From an uncultured Pseudomonadota bacterium (lineage in GTDB: Bacteria; Pseudomonadota; Gammaproteobacteria; Burkholderiales; SG8-39), in contig CAIKRR010000030.1 of NCBI GenBank assembly GCA_903829815.1, positions 25,730 to 89,729 of the forward strand: a stretch of 64,000 bases of DNA, written 5' to 3'. Under the pieces are notes generated by a model that saw nothing but the letters and a program-made list of their open reading frames with translations, searched no databases and was not told where the DNA came from. Shown here in pieces: positions 45,312 through 54,945 of this stretch (positions within the stretch are counted from its first letter, which is position 1; each line of letters opens with the position of its first letter). The translations under genes were made by a program, and so were the position numbers.

Positions 45312-46958
45312 ATGCCTGCACGCCGCCCGCTGTCGCCTTTTTCGGCCTCGCCTCGCCGGTTCGGTGCCAGGGCACTCGAGCTTGAAGCACTCGGGCCGCC
45401 ACTGTTGAGGTTGCCCCTGATCCTCGCCTTCGAAGTCGTGGGCGCGATCCTGTTCGCCTTCGTTCCAGGCTGCGCGGCCGCAGACCCGGCAATCACTGCG
45501 ACGGCCGCCAGACCTGCGACCGAAGCGCTGCCGGCGCCGATAGCGCAAGCGCTCAACGATGCCGGCATCCCGCTCTCGACAGTTGGACTCGTCGTGCAGG
45601 CTGTCGGCACCGAGCAGGCCCGGCTCGAACTGAATGCAACGCTGCCGCTGAACCCTGCATCGGCGATGAAGTTGGTGAGCACTTACGCGGCTCTTCATCT
45701 GCTCGGCCCCGCCTGGCGCTGGAACACGCAGTTGCTGAGCACACGCAATCCTCAGGACGGCATCCTCGAGGGCGATGTCTTCGTGCGTGGCGCGGGCGAC
45801 CCGAAACTCACCGCCGATGCACTGCGTGAGGCCCTGCGTACCTTGCGTGCCCGTGGCGTGCGCGACATTCGGGGCGATCTGGTCCTGGATCGCAGTCTCT
45901 TCGAGACCGACGACATCGATCCCGGACACTTCGACCAGGAGCCCACCCGCCCCTACAACGTCGGACCCGACCCGCTGCTCATGCAGTTCAAGGCGATCCG
46001 CTTCCAGTTCATCCCTGACACCGAACGTGGCACCATCACGGTCGCGGCCGACCCTGCGCTGCCCCAGATTGAAACCCAGGCCGCCGTGCGAAGCACCGCC
46101 GGTCCCTGCCCCGACTGGCGCAGCCAATTGCGGCTCGACGTGCAGGGCACCGCGCGAAGCGCCCGGGTCGGATTCAGCGGATCGATGCCAGCCAGTTGCG
46201 GCGAACGCAACTGGTATCTGGGCCTGCTCTCGCACCCGGAATTCTTCAACGCCCTGTTCCGCGCCCTGTGGACCGAACTGGGCGGAACCCTCTCGGGTGG
46301 GCTCCGCGAAGCGCGCGTGCCGGCCGATGCGCGCGTGCTTGCCAGCATCGAATCGCCCGCCCTCGCCGAGGTGGTGCGCGACATCAACAAGTACTCCAAC
46401 AACGTGATGGCCCGACAGCTCTTTCTGAACCTGTCCGCCCCCGTTGACGGGGCCACTGCGGGTGCGTCTCTGGCCGGCTCGGCACGGCGCGTCGAAGCGC
46501 TGCTGCGCTCGCGCAGCATCGACAGCCAAGGCCTCGTGCTCGACAACGGCTCGGGACTGTCACGCAGTGAACGCATCAGTGCCGCCACCCTCACGCGCAT
46601 CCTCCTCGATGCCTGGTCGAGCAACGTGATGCCCGAGTTCATATCCTCGATGCCGATTGCCGCAGTCGATGGCACCTTGCGCACGCGAGCGGGCCTGCGC
46701 TCAATGGCCGGCGACGCTCACATCAAGACCGGTAGCCTGGCCGAGGTGCGATCCATTGCCGGCTTCGTCCAGACCCCGAAGGGCGAGCGCTACGCAGTCG
46801 TGATGATCGTGAACAGCCCCAATGCGGCACGCGTCACCGCGGCACAGGATGCCCTGCTGCGCTGGGTCCACGGCCTGGGCGCGAGCGCAACCACAGCGCC
46901 TCGTGAGTCATCGGCAGTTCGTCAATCGACTCGGAAAGCGGCGCCAGTGCATCGTTGA
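45312..46958 (+). CDS. dacB: D-alanyl-D-alanine carboxypeptidase/endopeptidase, PBP4 family
   Basis: 548 aa with a signal/anchor region. Penicillin-binding motifs are SAMK (SxxK), YSNN (SxN) and KTGS (KTG). The 3' end overlaps the convergent Mo-subunit gene by 125 nt. Confidence 0.85.
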   Translation: MPARRPLSPFSASPRRFGARALELEALGPPLLRLPLILAFEVVGAILFAFVPGCAAADPAITATAARPATEALPAPIAQALNDAGIPLSTVGLVVQAVGTEQARLELNATLPLNPASAMKLVSTYAALHLLGPAWRWNTQLLSTRNPQDGILEGDVFVRGAGDPKLTADALREALRTLRARGVRDIRGDLVLDRSLFETDDIDPGHFDQEPTRPYNVGPDPLLMQFKAIRFQFIPDTERGTITVAADPALPQIETQAAVRSTAGPCPDWRSQLRLDVQGTARSARVGFSGSMPASCGERNWYLGLLSHPEFFNALFRALWTELGGTLSGGLREARVPADARVLASIESPALAEVVRDINKYSNNVMARQLFLNLSAPVDGATAGASLAGSARRVEALLRSRSIDSQGLVLDNGSGLSRSERISAATLTRILLDAWSSNVMPEFISSMPIAAVDGTLRTRAGLRSMAGDAHIKTGSLAEVRSIAGFVQTPKGERYAVVMIVNSPNAARVTAAQDALLRWVHGLGASATTAPRESSAVRQSTRKAAPVHR

Positions 46959-49272
46959 TGGCACTGGCAATGGCAGCCGGCCCGCCCAGATAGCCCGCCT
47001 CACCCGAGCCCTTCTGACCAAACGTGGTGAGGGGTGAGGGCGTGCAATGGTCGACGATGGACATCGAGGGCACTTCGTGTGCGCTGGGAATGAGGTAGTC
47101 CATGAAGGTGCCGGCCAGCAGTTGACCCTCTTCGGAGAACGCAAACTTCTCGTACAGCGCGGCACCAATGCCGTGCGCAATGCCCCCGAAGGTCATGCCG
47201 TGCACGATGTCAGGGCTGATCATGACGCCACAATCGTGACCACAGACGTAGCGATGAATCTGCGGCTTCCCGGTATCGCGATCGATCTCCAGATACACCA
47301 CATGCGTCTCGAAGGAATGGCAGGGGTACATCTGGATGCGTCCGTCGGGCGTGGGCAAGCCACCACCGGTGGGCACCTCCCAGACAAAACTGGCTTGCAA
47401 TCCGGGCTCCAGTCCAGCCGGCATGCGGTGGAACTTACGGTGCGCAATCTCGACCAACTGGTCCCAGCTCATCGACCGATCGGGATCTCCGGTGACACGC
47501 ACCTCACCACCCACGTATTCGAGCGCCTCGAGCGGCAGTTCCAGATTGTGCGCGGCGATCGCCATCAGGCTAGCCCTGATACGCCGCGCAGCGCCGGCCG
47601 CAGCACCACCGAGCATGATGGCCATGCGACTGCCCACCGGACTGTTGGAGGGCAGCGCGTTGAGCGAATCGGCATGAATGACACGAATGGAGGAGGGTTC
47701 GCGTTCGAGGACCTCGCCCACCACGGTGGAGACGAGCGTCTCGTGCCCCTGCCCCGAGGAGCTCGTATTCATCACGGCGGTGATCGACCCCGACAGATCC
47801 ACCCGCACGAGCGAGGCTTCCATCCAGGTGGTGGTTTCATTCTTCGGGTTGAACAGCACCTCGAAAGACGAGTTGCCGCCGCTGGGCTCAAGACAGGTGG
47901 CAATGCCGATACCGGCCAGACGACCCTGGGCACGTGCAGCATCGCGACGGCGCACGAGCTCCTCGTGCCCGGCCTGCGCAAGCGCCTTGTCGAGCACCGC
48001 CTCGTAATCGCCAGAGTCGTAGTGCGTTCCGCTGGGAATCAGATACGGAAACTCGTCGCGCCCGATCAGATTGCGTCGCCGCACTTCGATCCGGTCGATA
48101 CCCAGTTGACGGGCCATGCGATCCATGGCGGTTTCGATCGCATAGTTGGTCGGGGCCTGGCCAAAACCGCGCACGGCCTCCTGCGGCGTCTTGTTGGTCA
48201 TCACCGAGCAGGGCTCGTATTCGACGTGCCTGATGCGATAGGGGCCACAGATTGCGCCCACCGGCTTGCCCAACTGCAGCGGCGAACGTCCGGCATAGGC
48301 GCCCACATCATCGAGCGCACGAATCCGCATCGCCTGAACCACGCCCCGATCATCAAACGCAAGCGCCACATCGAAGATGCGATCGGGCCCCTGCATGTCG
48401 CCGCCGCGCATGTTCTCGAGCCGGTCTTCTATGAGGCGCACCGGCACCCCGAGCTTGCGCGCCAGATAGCCTGCAAGCACGGTGTGCTTGATGCCGCGCT
48501 TGACGCCATAACTGCCACCGACATCGACATCGAAGTGCACCCGCACCGCATTGCCCGGGAGGCGCAAGGCGCGAGCGGTCTGATCGGGATACTTGGGCAT
48601 CTGGATCGATGCCCAGATATCGAGAATCTCGGTGCCTGCACTCCACTGCGCCAGCACCGCGAAGGTCTCGATCGGCACGGTCGACGAGCGCCCCCAGCGA
48701 ACGCGGCATTCGAGTTGATGCGCTGCCTGCGCAAAGCTCTTGTCGACCTCTCCCCAGACGAACTTGCGCCGGTAAAGCACATTGGACGGATGCGCAGCGT
48801 GAACGCTCGGGGCATCCGCTCTGACCGCCACTTCAGGGTCGATGACGAAGGGCAGCGATTCGTAGACCACATCGACCAGCTCAGCCGCGTCTTCAGCCAG
48901 AGCCCTGCTGTCAGCCACCACCGCGGCCACCCACTCGCCGGCGTAGCGCACCACATCGACCGCCAGCGGATACCGTTTCACCCCGGGCGCATCGACACCC
49001 ACATAGAGAAAGTCGGTGTGCTGCGCGAGTTCTTCGCCGGTGAGTACGGCCACCACACCGGGAAGAGCCAGTGCCGAGCGCGCATCGATCGAGACGATGC
49101 GCGCCGAGGGATACGGACTGGCGACCAGCGCCACGTGCTTCATCCCCGGCAGGTGCACATCAGCCGCATAACGCCCACGGCCCATCACGAAGCGCGGATC
49201 TTCGCGGGTGCGCCGATGCGTACCGATGTAACGAAAGTGCTGCCCGGCAGCCGGTTGACCAGGGTCAGTCAT
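46834..49272 (-). CDS. Xanthine dehydrogenase/aldehyde oxidase-family molybdopterin-binding large subunit (CoxL-like, not a CO dehydrogenase)
   Basis: 812 aa with the typical N-terminus (R.ED.RF..G.G.Y..D). The active-site-loop region reads QEAVRGFGQAPT (XDH-type RGFG), not the CODH AYxCSFR or AYRGAGR loop. Confidence 0.85.
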   Translation of the reverse strand: MTDPGQPAAGQHFRYIGTHRRTREDPRFVMGRGRYAADVHLPGMKHVALVASPYPSARIVSIDARSALALPGVVAVLTGEELAQHTDFLYVGVDAPGVKRYPLAVDVVRYAGEWVAAVVADSRALAEDAAELVDVVYESLPFVIDPEVAVRADAPSVHAAHPSNVLYRRKFVWGEVDKSFAQAAHQLECRVRWGRSSTVPIETFAVLAQWSAGTEILDIWASIQMPKYPDQTARALRLPGNAVRVHFDVDVGGSYGVKRGIKHTVLAGYLARKLGVPVRLIEDRLENMRGGDMQGPDRIFDVALAFDDRGVVQAMRIRALDDVGAYAGRSPLQLGKPVGAICGPYRIRHVEYEPCSVMTNKTPQEAVRGFGQAPTNYAIETAMDRMARQLGIDRIEVRRRNLIGRDEFPYLIPSGTHYDSGDYEAVLDKALAQAGHEELVRRRDAARAQGRLAGIGIATCLEPSGGNSSFEVLFNPKNETTTWMEASLVRVDLSGSITAVMNTSSSGQGHETLVSTVVGEVLEREPSSIRVIHADSLNALPSNSPVGSRMAIMLGGAAAGAARRIRASLMAIAAHNLELPLEALEYVGGEVRVTGDPDRSMSWDQLVEIAHRKFHRMPAGLEPGLQASFVWEVPTGGGLPTPDGRIQMYPCHSFETHVVYLEIDRDTGKPQIHRYVCGHDCGVMISPDIVHGMTFGGIAHGIGAALYEKFAFSEEGQLLAGTFMDYLIPSAHEVPSMSIVDHCTPSPLTTFGQKGSGEAGYLGGPAAIASAINDALAPLSESIDELPMTHEALWLRSRPGRGPSAAGHPVPR

Positions 49273-49289
49273 GACAACTCCAGAACCAT

Positions 49290-49838
49290 TCAGGCGGCGG
49301 GTGCCGCAGGAGAAGCGTCAGCCGCCGTGGCCGGTTGGCCAGCACCACCCGCCAGACGGGCAGAGGCCAGGCGAACCGCATCGACGATCTGCTGATAACC
49401 GGTGCAACGGCACAGATTGCCGCCGATCGCATCGCGAATCTCGAATTCAGTGGGCTGCACATTGCGATCGAGCAACGCCTGCGCGGCAATGAGCATGCCC
49501 GGCGTGCAGTAGCCACACTGCAAGCCGTGGGCCTCGCAGAAACTGTCCTGGAGCACGCTCATCGAGCCATCGGGGTTCGCCAGCCCCTCGACGGTAGTGA
49601 TGCGATGGCCGGCAGCCTGCACCGCGAACATGAGGCATGAGCGCACCGGTCTGTCATCGAGCATCACCGAGCATGCGCCGCAGATGCCGTGCTCGCAGCC
49701 GACATGCGTTCCGGTCAGCCGGAGCGTCTCGCGCAGGAAGTCGACCAGCGACGTTCTGGCGGTACATGCGCCGCTGCGAGCCTGCCCGTTCACGACCAGA
49801 CTCACCTCATGCAGGCGCTCGCCGGTGCGATCACTCAT
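49290..49838 (-). CDS. [2Fe-2S]-binding small subunit of the molybdenum hydroxylase (CoxS-like)
   Basis: The start ATG 49836-49838 overlaps the FAD-subunit stop (ATGA). It has the plant-type cluster GCEHGICGAC and the second cluster CGYCTPG...CRCTGY. Confidence 0.9.
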   Translation of the reverse strand: MSDRTGERLHEVSLVVNGQARSGACTARTSLVDFLRETLRLTGTHVGCEHGICGACSVMLDDRPVRSCLMFAVQAAGHRITTVEGLANPDGSMSVLQDSFCEAHGLQCGYCTPGMLIAAQALLDRNVQPTEFEIRDAIGGNLCRCTGYQQIVDAVRLASARLAGGAGQPATAADASPAAPAA

Positions 49839-50728
49839 CGTGCCTCCGTCAGCGCACCGCGTGCACGCGCACAGGCCGCGCGCAACACCCGGGCGCACAG
49901 TGTTTGTGCCAACGAGCGTCGATACTCGGCCGACGCATGGAGATCGCCCGGTGGCTCCAGACCACCCGCCACGGCCTGAGCCAGCGCATCGACTGCGCCA
50001 TCATCGGGCACAGACCCCACGAGCGATGCGGCCTGCACCGAACAATCCAGGGGGGCACCAGCCACCCCGCCCAGGGCGAGCGCCACACGCTCGCAGCGGC
50101 CCGCGGCATCGATTGCCACCTGGGCGCAGGCCGAGGCCAGTGCAAAATCGCCATGCCGGATCGCTACCTCGTCGAAAGCCGAACCGACACAGGGGGCCGA
50201 CCAGCGCTCGAAACGCACCTCGACCAGGCACTCGTCGGGCTCCATGAGGGTACTCATGGGCCCGGTGAAGAACTCGCGCGCACTGAGGACCCGCGTACCG
50301 CGCGCGGTCGATTGCAGCGCAAGCCGGGCATCGAGCATCACCGCCACCAGCGGCAGCTCGGCTGACGGATCGGCGTGTACCAGACTGCCACCGAGGGTGC
50401 CGCGATTGCGCGTCTGCTCGTGCCCGACCCAGGCAAGCGCCTGTCCGAGCACCGGCAAGGCTGCCGCAAGCCCATCGTGCGCGGCGAGCACGTGCTGCCG
50501 CGCGCAGGCACCGATCGTAATGGCGTCAGGGTCGATCACGACCCGCGCCAGCGCGGCGATTTCGCCGATATCGATCAACCATGCCGGGCGCAGCAGTCGC
50601 ATCGCCAGCATCGGCACCAGGCTCTGACCCCCTGCGATCAGCTTGGCTTCGGCGCCGTGCGTGGCCAGGAACTTGCAGGCATCGTCGAGCGTATCGGCGC
50701 GCAGGTATTCAAAAGGAGCTGGCTTCAT
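49835..50728 (-). CDS. FAD-binding medium subunit of the molybdenum hydroxylase (CoxM-like)
   Basis: 297 aa: MKPAPFEYLRADTLDDA..., AGGQSLVPMLAMRL and ...HASAEYRRSLA, typical of the FAD_binding_5/CO_deh_flav_C family. Confidence 0.85.
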   Translation of the reverse strand: MKPAPFEYLRADTLDDACKFLATHGAEAKLIAGGQSLVPMLAMRLLRPAWLIDIGEIAALARVVIDPDAITIGACARQHVLAAHDGLAAALPVLGQALAWVGHEQTRNRGTLGGSLVHADPSAELPLVAVMLDARLALQSTARGTRVLSAREFFTGPMSTLMEPDECLVEVRFERWSAPCVGSAFDEVAIRHGDFALASACAQVAIDAAGRCERVALALGGVAGAPLDCSVQAASLVGSVPDDGAVDALAQAVAGGLEPPGDLHASAEYRRSLAQTLCARVLRAACARARGALTEAR

Positions 50729-50733
50729 CGAAT

Positions 50734-51522
50734 CTAGCAGGCATTGCGGCCGGATACGACCACAAGAAAGGTCTTGAGAATGATCGACAGGTCCAGTTGC
50801 AAGGACCAGTGCCGAAGATACTCCAGATCGCAGTGGATGCGCGCAGACATCTTGTCGATCGTGTCGGTCTCCCCGCGAAAGCCGCTCACCTGCGCCAGGC
50901 CCGTGATGCCGGGTTTCACCTTGTGCCGCAGCATGTAACCCCCGATCAGACCCCGATAGAGTTCGTTGTGCGCAACCGCATGGGGTCGGGGACCGACGAT
51001 ACTCATGCGTCCTTGCAGCACATTGATGAATTGGGGCAATTCATCCAGAGACGTGCGACGCAGAAAGGCGCCGAACCGGGTCACCCTGGGATCACCGCCT
51101 CGGGCTTGCGTGACACGTTCACCGTCCTCGCACACGCGCATGGAGCGAAACTTGTAGACGACGATCTACTTGCCATCGAGCCCATAGCGACGTTGACAAA
51201 ACAGCACCGGCCCGGGCGATGAGAGCTTCACGCCGATGGCCACGAGCAAGAGCAGCGGGGCAATCAGCAGGAGGATCAGCAGGCCCAGCACCAGATCTTC
51301 CATTCGCTTGGCAAATCCGGACACACCCAGAAAGGGGCTCTCGCAAAGCGCCACCGCCGGCAAGCCGCAATCCGATCGGACTGGCGCCCACGATGACGGC
51401 GCAGCGCAGCCCAGGTCACCGGCGCCGCCGGCAGCCGCCTGGGCATGCACGCACGGCGCAAGGGCACTCAATGCAAGGCCCAACGCCATGGATGACAACA
51501 GGACACTGCGATCAGGTCTCAC
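50734..51522 (-). pseudogene. Small (PglC/WbaP C-terminal-type) phosphoglycosyl transferase ('bacterial sugar transferase') interrupted by one in-frame TAG
   Basis: ORFs 51166-51522 and 50734-51141 are in the same frame. Translation across the junction reads ...SPGPVLFCQRRYGLDGK*IVVYKFRSMRVCEDG..., with the TAG at 51166-51168 inside the conserved G..F..YKFR.M block. Downstream motifs are DELPQFINVLQG.MS.VGPRP. Confidence 0.8.
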
Positions 51523-51584
51523 CGGGCTCCCCCCCTTGAACTGGATTCAGGTCGAGGAAAGTAGCGTGGGAGATTGGCCTGGGA

Positions 51585-53066
51585 TCAGGTACGCCCGGCT
51601 GTATTGATGCCTAGATTGCCCCATATCAAATCGACACGCGCGCGCGTTGCCCCATCCATTTCGATGGGCTTGCCCCAGGCTCGCGTGGTCTCGCCAGGCC
51701 ACTTGTTGGTGGCATCGATGCCCATCTTGGCACCGAGCCCTGCCACCGGGCTGGCGAAGTCAAGACTGTCGATCGGCGTGTTCTCGACAACGAGCGTATC
51801 GCGTGCCGCATCGACCCGAGTGCTCATCGCCCAGATCACCTCGCTCCAGTTGCGCACGTCGATATCGTCATCAACAACGATGATCATCTTCGTGTACATG
51901 AACTGGCGCAGGAAGCTCCACACCCCGAACATCACGCGCTTGGGGTGCCCGGGAAACTGCTTGCGCATGCTCACGACGGCCAGGCGATACGAACACGCCT
52001 CAGGCGGCAGATAGAAGTCGACGATCTCGGGAAACTGGCGCGAGAGCAGCGGCACGAAGACTTCATTGAGCGCGACACCCAGCACCGCGGGCTCATCGGG
52101 CGGTTTGCCCGTATAGGTCGAGTGATAGATCGGATCGCGGCGCATGGTGATGCGCTCGATGGTCAAGACCGGATAACGCTCGACCTCGTTGTAGTAGCCG
52201 GTATGGTCGCCAAACGGGCCTTCAAGCGCATCGTCGCCAGGATGGATCACACCCTCGAGCACGATTTCGGCGCGTGCTGGCACGCGCAGGTCAGATCCGA
52301 TGCAGCGTGCCACCTCGGTGCGACCGCCGCGCAGAAGCCCGGCAAACTGGTACTCCGACAGCGAGTCGGGAACCGGCGTCACCGCCCCCAGAACCGTGGC
52401 CGGGTCGGCACCCAACGCAACGACGACCGGAAAGGGCTCACCCGGGTGGGCCTTGCAGTGGTCGAGGTAGTCGAGCGCCCCGCCACGATGCGCCAGCCAG
52501 CGCATGATGACCCGATTGGGACCGATCACCTGCTGTCGATAGATGCCCAGGTTCAGACGCTGACGTCGCGTGCCGCGGGTAACCGTCAAGCCCCAGGTGA
52601 TGAGTGGCCCGGCGTCCCCAGGCCAGCAGGTCTGTACCGGCAGACGCGCCAGATCGACATCGGAGCCTTCCCAGACGATCTCCTGGCAAGGCGGTGCAGA
52701 CACCATTTTCGGTGCCATGTCGAGCACCCGACGAAAGAGCGGAATCTTGTTCCAGGCATCGCGCAGGCCTCGCGGCGGCTCGGGCTCCTTCAGTTGCGCG
52801 AGCAGTTCGCCAACGCCGCGCAGCGCGTCGACCGAATCGGCTCCCATGCCCAGCGCGACCCGCCGCGGCGTGCCGAACAGATTGCCCAGCACCGGGATGC
52901 GATGGCCGGTGGGATGCTCGAAGAGGATGGCCGGCCCGCCTGCACGCAGCACACGGTCGCAGATCTCGGTCATCTCGAGGCGTGGCGACACCTCGGCCCC
53001 CACACGCACGAGTTCCCCCATCGACTCGAGTCGGGCAATGAAGTCGCGCAGGTCGCGGTACTGCAT
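51585..53066 (-). CDS. ubiD: 4-hydroxy-3-polyprenylbenzoate decarboxylase UbiD
   Basis: 493 aa with the characteristic N-terminus [21 protein letters not shown]. UbiD-family blocks run throughout. Confidence 0.9.
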   Translation of the reverse strand: MQYRDLRDFIARLESMGELVRVGAEVSPRLEMTEICDRVLRAGGPAILFEHPTGHRIPVLGNLFGTPRRVALGMGADSVDALRGVGELLAQLKEPEPPRGLRDAWNKIPLFRRVLDMAPKMVSAPPCQEIVWEGSDVDLARLPVQTCWPGDAGPLITWGLTVTRGTRRQRLNLGIYRQQVIGPNRVIMRWLAHRGGALDYLDHCKAHPGEPFPVVVALGADPATVLGAVTPVPDSLSEYQFAGLLRGGRTEVARCIGSDLRVPARAEIVLEGVIHPGDDALEGPFGDHTGYYNEVERYPVLTIERITMRRDPIYHSTYTGKPPDEPAVLGVALNEVFVPLLSRQFPEIVDFYLPPEACSYRLAVVSMRKQFPGHPKRVMFGVWSFLRQFMYTKMIIVVDDDIDVRNWSEVIWAMSTRVDAARDTLVVENTPIDSLDFASPVAGLGAKMGIDATNKWPGETTRAWGKPIEMDGATRARVDLIWGNLGINTAGRT

Positions 53067-53086
53067 GAGAGCCGCTCGAACCGGTG

Positions 53087-53866
53087 CTAGACGACGAACG
53101 GGGCAGAGGCGCCGTCCATGGTGATGATGGCCCCATGGGTATAGCTGCCACGCGACGATGCAAGGAAGAGCACCATATTGGCAATTTCATCGGGTTCGCC
53201 CAGACGTCCGGCCGGAATGCGCTCGGCAAGCCGGCGCAGTGCCTCCTCGGTACTGACGCCCTGTACTTTCGATTCGGCCTTGAGGCCCTCGGCGACGCGC
53301 GTCGTCTGCGTGAGCCCGGGGTTCACCCCGACCACGCGCACGCCGCGCGGCGCATAGGTAGCTGCAAGCCCGGCAGTCACCAGCATCAGTGCAGCATTGG
53401 CAGCCCCACCGGCCAGATGCGTTGGTGTGGGTGACTTCCCACCATTGCCGATGATGTTGACGATGACGCCGCGCCCACGCGATGCCATGAGCTTGACGAC
53501 CGGATCGATCACGTAAATGGAGGTAAAGAACTTCGCATCCATGGCGGCACGCCAGGCGGCCGGGTCGAGTTCATCGGGCGGGGTACGGCGCGCCGCGCCG
53601 GCCGAGGTGACCAGCACATCGATCGGGCCCAGGGTCGACTCCACCTGCCGCACCATGGCGGCGGCTGCATCGGCATCGGACATGTCGGCGGCAATCGCGA
53701 GCACGTCAGCGCCGAGCAAGGCCCGTGCCGCCTCGAGATTGGCTGCGCTGCGCGAGGTGATTGCCACTCGCGCACCCTCGTCGATGAACATGCGCGCGCA
53801 GGCAAGTCCCAGGCCCTTGCTGCCACCGGTCACCAGGACAACCTGCCCCTTCAATCCGAGATCCAT
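53087..53866 (-). CDS. SDR-family oxidoreductase, atypical (no canonical Tyr/Lys pair seen by eye)
   Basis: The start ATG 53864-53866 gives [20 protein letters not shown]. The predicted active-site region reads [16 protein letters not shown]. It is a paralogue of 39851-40633. Confidence 0.75.
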   Translation of the reverse strand: MDLGLKGQVVLVTGGSKGLGLACARMFIDEGARVAITSRSAANLEAARALLGADVLAIAADMSDADAAAAMVRQVESTLGPIDVLVTSAGAARRTPPDELDPAAWRAAMDAKFFTSIYVIDPVVKLMASRGRGVIVNIIGNGGKSPTPTHLAGGAANAALMLVTAGLAATYAPRGVRVVGVNPGLTQTTRVAEGLKAESKVQGVSTEEALRRLAERIPAGRLGEPDEIANMVLFLASSRGSYTHGAIITMDGASAPFVV

Positions 53867-53972
53867 TCGTGTCACGCCTCTTCTGATCGGAACGTCGCAG
53901 CCGGAACGCATCCTGGCCGGTCGACCCCCTCGAACCAGGGGGCACGAAGCCCGCAACGACAGGGGCAGAATA

Positions 53973-54893
53973 TCACTGCAGCCCGATCACGACGCCGGCA
54001 AAGATCGCTGCCCCGACCCAGTTGTTGTGATTGAAGGCGCGGAAGCACCCGGCGCGACTGCGATCGCGAATCAGCCGGTAATGCCAGCCCATCATGAGCG
54101 CGGCGACAGCCAGCCCTGCGTGATAGCCCAGCGCCAGACCTCGTGCCTGCCCGATCGCTGCCAGCAAACCGATGGTGAGGGCGTACGACACCATGACGGC
54201 CAGCACGTCGAAGCGTCCGAAGGTGATGGCCGAACTGCGGATGCCGATCAGGAGGTCATCGTCACGATCGACCATCGCGTATTCAGTGTCATAGCCGATC
54301 GCCCAGGCGATGTTGGCCAGCAGCATCCAGCCACACTCGGCAGGTAGCGTCCCCAGTTGCGCTGCATAAGCCATCGGAATGCCAAAGCCGAAGGCAATGC
54401 CAAGATAGGCCTGCGGAATGGGCAGGACGCGCTTGGTGAGCGGGTAACTTGCGGCCAGAAAGAGCGCAACAAAGGCGAGCGCAATGGCAAGGGCATTCAA
54501 GGTAAGGACGAGGCCAAATGCAAGCATGGACAGCGCGCAGGCAAGCACCAGCGCCTCTCGAGTCGACACCTCGCCAGTGGCGAGGGGCCGATCACGCGTG
54601 CGCTCGACATGCGGATCGAATCGAGCATCGGCAATGTCGTTCATCACGCAGCCAGCCGAGCGCATGAGGAGCGTGCCGGCACAGAACACGAACACCGTCC
54701 ACGCCGACGGATGGCCGTCGGCAGCAAACCACACCGCCCAGAGTGTCGGCCACAGAAGGAGGAGCGTGCCGATCGGACGGTGCAACCGCGCCAGGCGCCA
54801 GTAGAGCCGCACCCGCGAAGGCCGTGGACCTGCAGGTGCCGGAACTGCAGGTGTGGAGGCCGATCGGGCGGCAGGGGGCGCTGATGGGGACAT
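53973..54893 (-). CDS. ubiA: 4-hydroxybenzoate polyprenyltransferase UbiA
   Basis: The start is ATG 54891-54893. It has Asp-rich motifs NDIADARFD and YDTEYAMVDRDDD and is polytopic. The longer 449-aa ORF would overlap recG. Confidence 0.85.
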   Translation of the reverse strand: MSPSAPPAARSASTPAVPAPAGPRPSRVRLYWRLARLHRPIGTLLLLWPTLWAVWFAADGHPSAWTVFVFCAGTLLMRSAGCVMNDIADARFDPHVERTRDRPLATGEVSTREALVLACALSMLAFGLVLTLNALAIALAFVALFLAASYPLTKRVLPIPQAYLGIAFGFGIPMAYAAQLGTLPAECGWMLLANIAWAIGYDTEYAMVDRDDDLLIGIRSSAITFGRFDVLAVMVSYALTIGLLAAIGQARGLALGYHAGLAVAALMMGWHYRLIRDRSRAGCFRAFNHNNWVGAAIFAGVVIGLQ

Positions 54894-54945
54894 GGTTGCA
54901 ATGGTACCCGCGATGGGTGGCGGGCATCTCGCAGGGCGCCCAGCC

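Noticed and set aside
47047-49395. 782-aa ORF antisense to the Mo-hydroxylase large subunit. Similar long antisense ORFs occur at 54853-56982, 56829-58466, 1655-2908, 12420-13565, 16379-17593 and 60516-62327.
   Set aside because: In each case the opposite or overlapping frame carries clear family motifs. The antisense translations are Arg/Gly/His/Ala-rich with no motifs. Stop-free antisense frames are expected at this GC content.
46834-50728. Aerobic CO dehydrogenase (coxMSL), suggested by gene order and subunit types.
   Set aside because: The large subunit shows an XDH-type ...AVRGFGQAP... loop instead of the CODH active-site loop (AYxCSFR, or AYRGAGR in form II). No coxDEFG accessory genes are adjacent.
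51166-51168. In-frame TAG in the sugar transferase as a pyrrolysine or other recoding site.
   Set aside because: No pyl genes and no context for recoding are visible, and the host is a proteobacterium. A nonsense mutation or a sequencing error is the simpler explanation.
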